Position numbers and translations under genes: made by a program. The notes under the pieces were generated by a model, which saw only the letters and a program-made list of their open reading frames with translations, had not been told where the DNA came from and did no database searches. This document shows positions 1-9,036 of a stretch of 64,000 nucleotides of DNA, one piece after another. The stretch covers positions 4,192,001 to 4,256,000 of the forward strand of contig OZ241986.1 in assembly GCA_965204375.1 (NCBI GenBank). The letters run 5' to 3'. Each line of letters begins with the position of its first letter. Within the stretch, counting starts at the first letter, position 1. This DNA is from Candidatus Latescibacterota bacterium (lineage in GTDB: Bacteria > Latescibacterota > UBA2968).

Positions 1-475
1 AAAAATAAATTTTACCCCGCGCATCCACCTGGTCATACGTCGCAAAAATCGGAATCACAGCGCCAATACCCTGCATCGCCATCGGCAAATTATCCTTAAT
101 CAACAGCGACAACCGGCGCAACTTCGCCTGCAAACTCATCTCCTGAAGCAAACGGCGGCGATAATACTGAAACGCGTGCTCCAGAATCCGCGCAATCTCA
201 AACGCAATCGAAGGCGACCCCGAAATCGCCATCACCGAAAACGCATCCAGATCGATCACCTTATCCGCGCGGTCGTAAAGCACCATATTGCCCGCAGTGG
301 CGCGGCGATCGCCTGCAACGAGCACCCCATCGGCATATTGAAAAGCCAGAATCGTCGTCGCATCCGTAGGCTCAAAAGGCAACGTGCGCTCGGCCGGCAC
401 ATCGCCCAAATTCTCACCCGGAAACCTGTAGCCCGTCTGCCGCAGCAAATCGACAAAATCCCCACCCGATTGCAT
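1..475 (-). CDS. prcB: 20S proteasome beta subunit (3' end beyond window edge)
   Basis: Not in the ORF track; manual translation from ATG 475 gives MQSGGDFVDLLRQ...EPTDA-TTILAFQYADGVLVAGDRRATAGNMVLYDRADKV...: a propeptide, the catalytic Thr and the GDRRAT motif; directly follows ubact. Confidence 0.92.
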   Translation of the reverse strand, partial: MQSGGDFVDLLRQTGYRFPGENLGDVPAERTLPFEPTDATTILAFQYADGVLVAGDRRATAGNMVLYDRADKVIDLDAFSVMAISGSPSIAFEIARILEHAFQYYRRRLLQEMSLQAKLRRLSLLIKDNLPMAMQGIGAVIPIFATYDQVDARGKIYF

Positions 476-478
476 AAG

Positions 479-670
479 CTACTCGCCTGTACGCTGGCGA
501 TAACGCCGCGCCTGATTGGGATCAACGCGCCGCATGCGCCGCAGCAAATCGCGTGTATCTGGCCGCTCCACCTTCGGGCGCGCGGGGCCACCATCGCCAT
601 CATCACCCGGACCAGGTCCGCCCGGATCGACCGGCTTCGTCCGTCGCTCAAACTGTAAGACCTTATCCAT
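479..670 (-). CDS. ubact: UBact, Pup-like prokaryotic protein modifier
   Basis: 63 aa, disordered Gly/Pro/Asp N-terminus, C-terminal ...RVDPNQARRYRQRTGE (R[T/S]G[E/Q]); AAGGAGG RBS; lies between dop and prcB. Confidence 0.92.
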   Translation of the reverse strand: MDKVLQFERRTKPVDPGGPGPGDDGDGGPARPKVERPDTRDLLRRMRRVDPNQARRYRQRTGE

Positions 671-691
671 CTACGGCCTCCTTAAAAAAAT

Positions 692-865
692 GTCTGAATC
701 AGGATTCTCAGGATTATAGGATGTGCAGGATGAAAAACTATCTGAATCAGGATTTACAGGATTATAGGATGAACAGGATGAAAAACAAAATCAAAACCTG
801 CTGGATCTACACCCTTCACAGCCTCTCTTTTTTATCTGCGTCCATCTGCGTCCATCTGCGGATCA
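692..865 (+). repeat. Two copies of the TCTGAATCAGGATT..CAGGATTA.AGGATG..CAGGAT dispersed repeat plus an ATCTGCGTCC-type repeat
   Basis: Near-identical copies at ~4300, 38778, 43522, 43628, 44796-45045, 51245, 51318 and 60103; the ATCTGCG family recurs at ~4620 and ~51680. Confidence 0.85.
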
Positions 866-2386
866 CACTTCCTTCAACGCCTCTAAAAAACTCTCTAACG
901 TCTCCGAATTATCCAGCACCTCATTATAACGCGCTACCCGCCCCTCATCCACCAATAATTTCATATCCACGGCATGCTGGCGGCCATTGCGCTTAAACAC
1001 AATGCGATCCCAGTTAATCGACGACACATAATCGCCGAACTTCTCCAAACTGCGCCCTCGAAAATACGCCCGCGTACCCGAAGGCGGCTCCGACATTGCC
1101 GCTGCCACCTCATCATCGCCCACCAGACGCACCATCTGCCCCTGCGACTCCAGCAAATAATACAACCCCGCATCCCGATCCACATTGCTATATTCCAGAT
1201 CCTGGCTCTGCATCCAGAACAAATCATCGGGATTGTCCCACGCCAGATTCTCCGCCTCGCAAAAACTATCGATCAACCACTTCTTCGTCACCCAATCGCA
1301 CACCCCCACCAGATCCATCGGATCGCGGCTCAACTTCTCCAGTACATCTTCCCACGCCGACAACACCCAATCCGTCTCTCGATCCCGCCCGGCAAACTCG
1401 CGCCGTGCCAGAGCCAAAAACGCATCCTGAATCTCAACCGCGGGAATTAGGCGATGACCGGGACCCTCGACCTCAACCAGCCACGCATGCGACTGATCCC
1501 GGGCGATATTCTTCATCGCCGCAATCGGATCCTTCAGCCGATAATCGGGCAAACAATCCGCCTCAATCAAATCGATCACCAGCGCCGTTGACCCCACCTT
1601 GAGCGCCGTCATATACTCCGACATATTGGCATCGCCCACAATCACGTGCAACCGGCGATATTGCGCCGCATCTGCGTGGGGTTCATCGCGCGTATTCACA
1701 ACCGGACGCTTGTGCATCGTATCCACACTCGCGATCACCTCGAAAAACTCCGCGCGCTGCGACAACTGATAAATCGGTGCGCGATCCTCCCGCTCGACAC
1801 CCACCTTGCCAGCCCCGCAAAAAATCTGCCGCGTGGGGAAAAACAGCAACAACCCCTGTAATATACGCTCGAAAGGCACCGAACGATCCATCAAATAATT
1901 CTCGTGACACCCATAGCTATGCCCTTCGAAATCCGTATTGTTCTTATACATCCGCACAACGCCCTGATCGAGCATCTCCGTGCGCCGCTGCGCGCAAATA
2001 TCCACAATGCGCTCCCCCGCCTTATCCTGCGCCACAAGCTCGAACAAACTTATGCACTCACCCGTTGAATACTCCGGATGCGTGTGATCGTTGTAAAACC
2101 GGGACCCATTGTAAATAATCAAATCGCTCTTCAATTCTTTAAACGGAATTTTCCGCTTGCGGTCCTGTTGCATAAGCTCCTTTTCATCGGCATCATTCAA
2201 CAGATTTTTAACCTCAAACCCCCGCTCATCCCGACGGGGATTCTCCAGCCGATAATCCCACAACGGAACAAACTTGCCCTGCTGATAGCATCGAATCAAC
2301 TGCATCGACTCTTCGACCACATCGACCTTATCCACCTCGTCAATCGTGATCCCATATTCTGTTTCTATACCGAATAAGCGCGTCAT
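863..2386 (-). CDS. dop: Dop/PafA2 family depupylase-deamidase
   Basis: GIETEYG, Dop loop (WDYRLENPRRDERGF), YNDHTHPEYS, SYGCHENY, TRDEPHAD, RLHVIVGDAN. Confidence 0.88.
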   Translation of the reverse strand: MTRLFGIETEYGITIDEVDKVDVVEESMQLIRCYQQGKFVPLWDYRLENPRRDERGFEVKNLLNDADEKELMQQDRKRKIPFKELKSDLIIYNGSRFYNDHTHPEYSTGECISLFELVAQDKAGERIVDICAQRRTEMLDQGVVRMYKNNTDFEGHSYGCHENYLMDRSVPFERILQGLLLFFPTRQIFCGAGKVGVEREDRAPIYQLSQRAEFFEVIASVDTMHKRPVVNTRDEPHADAAQYRRLHVIVGDANMSEYMTALKVGSTALVIDLIEADCLPDYRLKDPIAAMKNIARDQSHAWLVEVEGPGHRLIPAVEIQDAFLALARREFAGRDRETDWVLSAWEDVLEKLSRDPMDLVGVCDWVTKKWLIDSFCEAENLAWDNPDDLFWMQSQDLEYSNVDRDAGLYYLLESQGQMVRLVGDDEVAAAMSEPPSGTRAYFRGRSLEKFGDYVSSINWDRIVFKRNGRQHAVDMKLLVDEGRVARYNEVLDNSETLESFLEALKEV

Positions 2387-2387
2387 A

Positions 2388-2557
2388 GAAGTGTGAAGGG
2401 TGAAGGGTGAAGGGTGAAGGGTGAAGGGTGAAGGGTGAAGGGTGAAGGGTGAAGGGTGAAGGGTGAAATAGCGGTCAGCAGTCAGCGGTCAGGATGATGA
2501 GGCAATGGGGCGGCGTTGGGTGGATTTCTTACTTCTTACTTCTCACTTCTTACTTCA
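2388..2557. repeat. Heptamer tandem arrays in inverted arrangement: (GAAGGGT)~11 ... (CTTCTTA/CTTCTCA)n
   Basis: Read directly; a short (GCGGTCA/GCAGTCA) run lies between the arrays. Confidence 0.9.
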
Positions 2558-4201
2558 CACCACGCCATGCCTTGAGGTGCGTCGCTCTCGCCTGGGCTTA
2601 ATCGGTACTGCGCGCACCACATTTTCGGGATCGTAATCCAGCAACTTCAACCAATCCTCTGTATTATCCGTCGGCGGGAAAATTTCATTCTCGCTGTACT
2701 CGGTCTCTATCCCCGCGAGCAAATCGCCAAAACCAATCCCCTCTTCTGTGCCCGACGCAATACACCGCTTAATCGCAATCTCCTTCGCGCGCTGCACAAT
2801 AGACTCGAGAATAGCCCCGCTACACAGATCCCCGCGGGTCAACACCTCCTTGCGACCGCTTCTGAGCAACACCTCTAAAAAGCGCGTATCATCGCGCCTG
2901 GCATATATCTCAGCTATCGTGCGCGCCGCAAGATCGTCAACCGCTGCTTGCACATCGCCGTCGTGCGCGTTTAACGCATCCTCTGACAGCGGCAAATCAG
3001 CCGTCAAATAAATACCCAAAATCTCGCGCGCGGCATCCTCATCCGGACGAAGCACCTTGATCTTGCGATCAATACGCCCCGGGCGCAAAATTGCCGGATC
3101 GATCAAATCTGGACGATTGGACGTCAAAATAATCACCACATCTTGCAGGGAATCGATCCCATCCATCTCGGAGCAGAACATCGGCACAACCGTATTTGAA
3201 ATATTGTGCGACCGAATCGCCCGCCGCGTACCTAAGACCGACTCTGCCTCGTCGATAAACACCACCGGCAAAAACCCCTCGCGCCGCTTCTCGCGCGCCT
3301 GAGAAAAAATCTCGCGCACCTTGCGCTCGGACTCTCCCAACCACATATTCAAAATCTCAGGCCCCTTAATATGCATAAAACACGCCTTGAGATTCAGGCC
3401 GTCTTCCTGCACCTGCTTCTCCAGATTGTACGCCGTCGCCTTCCCAATCAGCGTCTTGCCGCACCCCGGAGGACCGTACAACAAAAACCCCTTGGGCGTA
3501 CTGTACTGAAACCGCTTAAACAACTCCGGATGCAACACCGGCATCTCAATCGTATCTTTAATCGCCTGAATCGCATCCTTTTGCCCGCCGATCTTCTCCC
3601 ACGGCAAATCGGGAACTTCCTCCAGATAAAAATCCTTAACCTCGGAATGCGGCATCTTCTCCAGCGCCACGCGGAAATGCGGATCGATCCGAACCTCTTC
3701 GCCCGACTTCAAAGCCTCGGCCTCCAGATCGGCCCCCCGCAGCAAAATATGCGTCTGCGAACCGTGTTCTTGCCCCACCTGCAAGCGCCCATCGTCCAGC
3801 ACATCGACAATTTTACCCACCGTACCCGACGGAGACTCGCCCATCTCGCCCACCACGGCAAACGCCTCATTCACCAGCACCCGCGTCCCCACCTTCAAAC
3901 CGCGTTCATCCAACCGCCCATCCACATTGGCGTAATACTCCGCCCCACCCACCGTAATGTACGCGACGCCATTTTCCGGTGCCGACAGCAACGTTCCCAC
4001 CCGATTGGCTGGTGCCGTCACCTTCTCCAGCGCCCCTTCCAACTCCACAATCGTGCGCCTCGCCTCCTCAAACGTAATCTCATCTTCCTGAAGCTGCCGG
4101 CGCAACTGGTACAACAGGGGCCGCCGTCGATCCGTCTCATCCATCGTCATCAAAATCTGATCGATAATCGACAGCGACTGAAATGTATGCTGCATATCCA
4201 C
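2555..4201 (-). CDS. arc: Proteasome-associated AAA+ ATPase (ARC/Mpa)
   Basis: N-terminal coiled coil and OB region, Walker A GPPGCGKT, IKGPEILNMWLGESE, Walker B VFIDEAE, SNRPDLIDPAILRPGRID. Confidence 0.92.
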   Translation of the reverse strand: MDMQHTFQSLSIIDQILMTMDETDRRRPLLYQLRRQLQEDEITFEEARRTIVELEGALEKVTAPANRVGTLLSAPENGVAYITVGGAEYYANVDGRLDERGLKVGTRVLVNEAFAVVGEMGESPSGTVGKIVDVLDDGRLQVGQEHGSQTHILLRGADLEAEALKSGEEVRIDPHFRVALEKMPHSEVKDFYLEEVPDLPWEKIGGQKDAIQAIKDTIEMPVLHPELFKRFQYSTPKGFLLYGPPGCGKTLIGKATAYNLEKQVQEDGLNLKACFMHIKGPEILNMWLGESERKVREIFSQAREKRREGFLPVVFIDEAESVLGTRRAIRSHNISNTVVPMFCSEMDGIDSLQDVVIILTSNRPDLIDPAILRPGRIDRKIKVLRPDEDAAREILGIYLTADLPLSEDALNAHDGDVQAAVDDLAARTIAEIYARRDDTRFLEVLLRSGRKEVLTRGDLCSGAILESIVQRAKEIAIKRCIASGTEEGIGFGDLLAGIETEYSENEIFPPTDNTEDWLKLLDYDPENVVRAVPIKPRRERRTSRHGVV

Positions 4202-4267
4202 ATAGTCCTGAAGAAAATCTTCAGGTGACTTTCTCTGACGATCAGAATCGTTGGTATTGATAACTCA

Positions 4268-4655
4268 CCTCCGGATCAGGATTCGCAGGATGAAACCCCT
4301 GTCTGAATCAGGATTCTCAGGATTTAAGGATGAACAGGATGAAAATCAAAAGCGAACACGGATTAAACGGATTAAAAGATGGACACAGATTAAAGGCAAA
4401 ATCTTCTGGATCGCGGCTTAAAGCCTGCCGCGATGACGGGTACCTTTAATGTCTCTCTTCCTACTTCACACTTCACACTTCACACTTCACACTTCACACT
4501 TCACACTTCACACTTCACACTTCACACTTCACACTTCACACTTCACACTTCACACTTCACACTTCACACTTCACACTTCACACTTCACACTTCACACTTC
4601 ACACTTCACAGCCCCTCTTCTTCATCTGCGTCCATCTGCGTCATCTGCGGATCTC
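4268..4655 (+). repeat. Composite repeat cluster: CAGGAT family, CTGGATCGCGGC..GCCGCGATGAC hairpin, (ACTTCAC)~21 at 4463-4610, ATCTGCG family
   Basis: Read directly; each module recurs elsewhere in the window. Confidence 0.9.
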
Positions 4656-4715
4656 ACGTCAAGAATACCATATCTCAAAACCCGTGTCAAGGACGGACGG
4701 GTTGGAAACCCGCCC

Positions 4716-5645
4716 CTACTCCTCTTCGAGCTTCTCTAACTTGCGCTCCATATCGATCTTAACCTCGGCGACGATATTGAGAATCGGGTCCTTCTCCCCC
4801 GCCTTAATAACCACAGGCTTATTGATATCAAAATGCACCTTGTGCTCTATCACCAGGCCGCGCGTCGCATCGATCACCCACGACCCTCCGCCTTTACCTT
4901 TCCCATTGTAATACAAAGACACCACACTCACCTCAATCCATCCCGCGTACTCCACCTCACTATCCTCATCAATATGCACCTCCACGCGCCCCTTCGCATG
5001 CTTGATATTCTTCACCTCATAAGTACTCTTGATCTTAATCTGCGAATCGCGCCCCATCATATCCATACTCGCAAAAGGGCGCCAAAAATCGCGCTCGCCC
5101 GTCCAGGTATCGCCCTTATTAACCGGTCCCTCTGGCAAAACCGGCGCAAACGCGGGCATCGCCCCCTGGAACATATCCGTAATCAAATCCTGTCGCTCCA
5201 CGCGAAACGCGGGAAAATCTGGCTCGAACTTCTGCACCACACCCTCGGGCGTCACCTGATAGGTAAAAACCCTGTCATTAAACATATCAAACGTAAACGG
5301 AAACTGCTCATACGTCTGCTTCTCGCCCAGAAAAATCGCTGCACTCGCCCCCTTCTTAATCTCAGCGCGAACACCCATCACCCCTTCGGGAATGGTCCTC
5401 CCCGGCAATGCCTGGGGCACAACCACCTCTTCATGGCTGCGCCACTCATTATCTATAATCACGCGAATATGCCCGCTCTGCATCACAATCTGCTCGCCCA
5501 TATTGCTGAAATACTCCACCCGGAACTTGTGCTTATATCGCGCCTTGCGCCCCTCTGGAAACTTCAACGTCAGCGCTGTGGGCTGCGCCCAACAATCGGC
5601 GGCAACACCGACGAGTAATCCGAGAATAATCGTTAATTTCCACAT
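4716..5645 (-). CDS. Hypothetical secreted protein
   Basis: AAGGAGG RBS before ATG 5645; signal peptide MWKLTIILGLLVGVAADCWA; TAG stop lies within a REP hairpin. Confidence 0.75.
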   Translation of the reverse strand: MWKLTIILGLLVGVAADCWAQPTALTLKFPEGRKARYKHKFRVEYFSNMGEQIVMQSGHIRVIIDNEWRSHEEVVVPQALPGRTIPEGVMGVRAEIKKGASAAIFLGEKQTYEQFPFTFDMFNDRVFTYQVTPEGVVQKFEPDFPAFRVERQDLITDMFQGAMPAFAPVLPEGPVNKGDTWTGERDFWRPFASMDMMGRDSQIKIKSTYEVKNIKHAKGRVEVHIDEDSEVEYAGWIEVSVVSLYYNGKGKGGGSWVIDATRGLVIEHKVHFDINKPVVIKAGEKDPILNIVAEVKIDMERKLEKLEEE

Positions 5646-5656
5646 AAGCACCTCCT

Positions 5657-6661
5657 TCACCCTTCACGCTTCACCTGCACGGGTCGCCCGTTTTTTTCTG
5701 CCGACTCCCATGCGGCCTCCGTCAACTGAATCACGCGCAAACCGCACACCGGCGGCACCTGAACTTCATCGCGCCCCAAAATTGCATCCACGAAATTTTG
5801 ATCTGGACTCACAAACCGCGAAGGCAAACTATCTGCATCGACCTCCACGGGTGCGCTGCCACCGTATTTGCACGTCAACTTCCCATTGCGAGAATAAATC
5901 GCCCCCTTCGTGCCCCAAATCGTAATATCCTCCCACATCCCCGGACCCGGACCTGTACCCACAATAGAAAAATTCGCCAACGCGCCATTCTCAAACACAA
6001 TTGACAGCGCCGAATTGATATCCACCTCTGTATCCAGATTATCCATAAACGCCGACACGCGCGTGGGCGCCTGATCCACCATCCACAGCACAATATCCAG
6101 CAAATGACTCCCTGAATCGTTCAACTGACCCCCGCCCGACAGCGCGTGAACCTGTCGCCACTTCCCCTGTTGATTCTCATACCAGTGCTGATCTTGCATC
6201 GCCTGAATAAACTGAACCTCTCCGATCTCCCCCGCCTGAATCTGATTCCGAATAAACCGAAACGTCGGCGCCAGATGCCGTTGATAAGACACCATCAAAA
6301 CGCGATCCACCTCCTCTGCCTTATCCATCACCTGAAACGCGTGATCAACCGTACAAACCATCGGCTTTTCCGTCAGCACATGCAGGCCCTTATCCAGACT
6401 ATCCATAATCTGTTCAAAATGCAAGGTATGCGGCGTAGAAATCTCGGTCGCATCCATCTCCACCTCATTCAACATCTCCCTGTGATCTGCAAACCTCGGC
6501 AACGCCTCTGTCTCTGGCACGCGCTCAAACAACCGCGCAAAACTCTCATCACTCGGATCTGCCAGCGCCACAATCTCCACATCCTGCATATCCATCAAAC
6601 GCCTGATATGACCGCTCATATTGCCACCGCACCCGATCAAACCCATTCGCACCTTCTCCAT
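5657..6661 (-). CDS. Gfo/Idh/MocA family oxidoreductase
   Basis: GLIGCG Rossmann motif, HVLTEKPM, GGGQLNDSGSHLLD. Confidence 0.92.
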   Translation of the reverse strand: MEKVRMGLIGCGGNMSGHIRRLMDMQDVEIVALADPSDESFARLFERVPETEALPRFADHREMLNEVEMDATEISTPHTLHFEQIMDSLDKGLHVLTEKPMVCTVDHAFQVMDKAEEVDRVLMVSYQRHLAPTFRFIRNQIQAGEIGEVQFIQAMQDQHWYENQQGKWRQVHALSGGGQLNDSGSHLLDIVLWMVDQAPTRVSAFMDNLDTEVDINSALSIVFENGALANFSIVGTGPGPGMWEDITIWGTKGAIYSRNGKLTCKYGGSAPVEVDADSLPSRFVSPDQNFVDAILGRDEVQVPPVCGLRVIQLTEAAWESAEKNGRPVQVKREG

Positions 6662-6733
6662 TTATGTCTCCTTTTTTTAAGTAAGAAGTAAGAGTGCTCG
6701 AATATAGTTTCACATATACAATACCGCAATAAC

Positions 6734-6773
6734 AAAAAAAAGGCCACTGGACAAAATGTCCAATGGCCTTTTT
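6734..6773. terminator. Intrinsic terminator downstream of the surface-protein operon
   Basis: AAAAAAAAGGCCACTGGACA-AAA-TGTCCAATGGCCTTTTT hairpin with A/T tails. Confidence 0.8.
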
Positions 6774-6781
6774 GAATAAAC

Positions 6782-6839
6782 GTACGGGCGAAAAATTTTT
6801 CGTCCCTACAATCGGGCAACCACGAGCGGTTGGCCCCTA
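6782..6839. repeat. Pair of GTAG-class REP-like palindromes
   Basis: GTACGGGCGAAAAATTTTTCGTCCCTAC and GGGCAACC...GGTTGGCCCCTA. Confidence 0.8.
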
Positions 6840-8945
6840 TTTCAACAGCAGCATCTTCTGGATCGCGGTATTTGGACCCGCTTTGATCTTGGCGATATAA
6901 ACGCCACTACCAACGCTGCGGCCCATAAAGTCCTTAGCATCCCACTGGACACTATAGCGACCCGCCGTATAATGCTGGCTCACGAGTTGACGAATCTCCT
7001 GCCCAATCGCATCGTAAATGACAACAGACACAGTTGCGTCAGAAGGCAGATCGTAGGAAATCGTCGTTCTCGGGTTAAACGGATTGGGATAAACAGCCGA
7101 AGAAAATTCTGTGGGCAGGATGAAACGCGCGCCCAACAGCACCTCAATCGGATTCGAACGGTTCACCGTCCCATCCAGATCAATCTGCTCGAGAACATAA
7201 TAAACGATCTCAGCAACGGGAAGACGATTATCCTCAAACATATAATCCATCAACTGATCGGTCGTACCAGCGCCAGCGATAAGTTCGCTAACCGCCTCGT
7301 AGGTCTCTCCATCCGTGCTGCGAAGCACGCGGAAACCCGCATTATTGGTCTGCGAAGCCGTCGTCCAGTTGATCACCACGCGGTCATCAACCACCGAACC
7401 GACAAATGACGACAACTCAACGGGATTGGCCTCAGTAAATTGAAGGGTGGCCTCAAGAGGTTCCATCATACCATCCGAAGCTGTCACCTTCACAACTACA
7501 GATCTATAACCAGCGACTGTCAATGTCAGGACATTGCCATCCACCGAATGTTCAACCGTGGATTGTGGATCATCGCCTGAGGGAAAATCAGGACCTTCTA
7601 ACAGTTCCACAGAGAACGTAACCGTAGCCCCTTCGGGAAAACGCAAGGCTGTAACCATAACCACCGCAGTGCCACCGCGCGGGATTGTATTGATGAGACC
7701 AGGTGACACATCCAGAGCCGGACCGTGGTTATACAACACCGGAGCGGGAACCATCAGCATCGTCTCTTCACCATCAGGACCGAGAACAGCTCTAAACGAC
7801 GAAACGCCAACCACAAAAGGCATCTCCTCGGCACCTGTCATCAGCTTCAGCGTACCCAAAAAACCACCATTGGACAGCATCATCGCTTCTTCGGCACCAA
7901 CATCGACCTGATTACCGGACATACCCAGCAGCGTCAGACCCTCAGCAGGATCAAAACCCGTGATCGTCGCAGCAGCAGCCGGATCAATCGTAAACATAAT
8001 ACTCGCACCACCGAGACCACTTTCTATATCACCGGCAAATACCTCAATGGCAATCTCTTCATTGGCACCAGCACTGGCCGAGAGCATGCCGTCATCCATC
8101 ATATTCATCATGTCCATGCCGGCGGCATCTAAGGCGGGAAGCCTCACCTCGACAAACTCAATCGTAATTGGATCGGTCGTCGTCATACCATCACTCGCCG
8201 TCACCGTCACCTTTGCCGGGCCACTCGCCGTCAACGTCAACGTGGCACCATCCATCATGGACTGAACCATCTCAATCATCTCGCCCTGCACATCAAAGGT
8301 AATCGCGGCATCCGCGGCAAAATTCACCGCCGTTACCACGACCGACCCCGTGCCACCCGGCGGCACCGGAATCATCATAGACATATCCATCATAGACATA
8401 TCTGTCATGAGCCTGGGCTTGACATTAAAGTTAATCGTACTCATCATCGCCATCATCTCTGGCGCGATGACATCGCTCGACGCTGCACTTTCGGCAAGCG
8501 TCACCGCCTTAATGCCCAGGTAAAACTCCATATCCGTCACATCTGCCACGGTGGAAAACTCGGCGCGTCCAAGAAAACCGGACTCGGGCAGAGTAACAGG
8601 CGCAGTCGCTGCAAAATTTACGCCCGTCGGCTCTGGAATAGCGAACAGAAACGCACTATTCTCGATCTTGTCGAGCTTTAATTCTTCAGCTTTAAAATCA
8701 AACTCAATTCTCACACCAACCAGCGACGTGGTCACGCCCTGGGCGAAAACCTCAACTGCAATTTTTGTGCCCTGTCCAGCAACAACGCCTGCATGAACGC
8801 CATCGTCCGTCTGGTTGCCTGCCCCGCCATCGGCAATCAAATCAATCGACACCGTCGCATTTGCATTGGGACCAGCAGAAGCTTGACCCGCAAACGCCAG
8901 AAATGCAAGGGCAGTAAAAAATAACAATCCTCTTTTCAAAAACAT
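6837..8945 (-). CDS. Secreted protein with cohesin/Ig-like modules, Met-rich linkers and FlgD-Ig/T9SS-like C-terminal domain
   Basis: Signal peptide ending AGQASA; PVELSSF motif; YPNPFNPRTTISYDL...KMLLLK. Confidence 0.85.
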   Translation of the reverse strand: MFLKRGLLFFTALAFLAFAGQASAGPNANATVSIDLIADGGAGNQTDDGVHAGVVAGQGTKIAVEVFAQGVTTSLVGVRIEFDFKAEELKLDKIENSAFLFAIPEPTGVNFAATAPVTLPESGFLGRAEFSTVADVTDMEFYLGIKAVTLAESAASSDVIAPEMMAMMSTINFNVKPRLMTDMSMMDMSMMIPVPPGGTGSVVVTAVNFAADAAITFDVQGEMIEMVQSMMDGATLTLTASGPAKVTVTASDGMTTTDPITIEFVEVRLPALDAAGMDMMNMMDDGMLSASAGANEEIAIEVFAGDIESGLGGASIMFTIDPAAAATITGFDPAEGLTLLGMSGNQVDVGAEEAMMLSNGGFLGTLKLMTGAEEMPFVVGVSSFRAVLGPDGEETMLMVPAPVLYNHGPALDVSPGLINTIPRGGTAVVMVTALRFPEGATVTFSVELLEGPDFPSGDDPQSTVEHSVDGNVLTLTVAGYRSVVVKVTASDGMMEPLEATLQFTEANPVELSSFVGSVVDDRVVINWTTASQTNNAGFRVLRSTDGETYEAVSELIAGAGTTDQLMDYMFEDNRLPVAEIVYYVLEQIDLDGTVNRSNPIEVLLGARFILPTEFSSAVYPNPFNPRTTISYDLPSDATVSVVIYDAIGQEIRQLVSQHYTAGRYSVQWDAKDFMGRSVGSGVYIAKIKAGPNTAIQKMLLLK

Positions 8946-9000
8946 TTGCAAGACTCCTTCGCTGAAAACTACTCCTTGTAAGTTCTGAGGGAAAATTAAG

Positions 9001-9028
9001 GTAGGGGCGAAAGATTTTTCGCCCCTAC
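9001..9028. repeat. REP-like palindrome
   Basis: GTAGGGGCGAAAGATTTTTCGCCCCTAC. Confidence 0.85.
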
Positions 9029-9036
9029 CTACCGAA

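Noticed and set aside
4433-4762. ORFs with (HTSHFTL)n, also at 46536-46808 and 45192-46127
   Set aside because: Translations of heptamer DNA arrays or antisense to ribosomal protein genes; no RBS or protein-like composition
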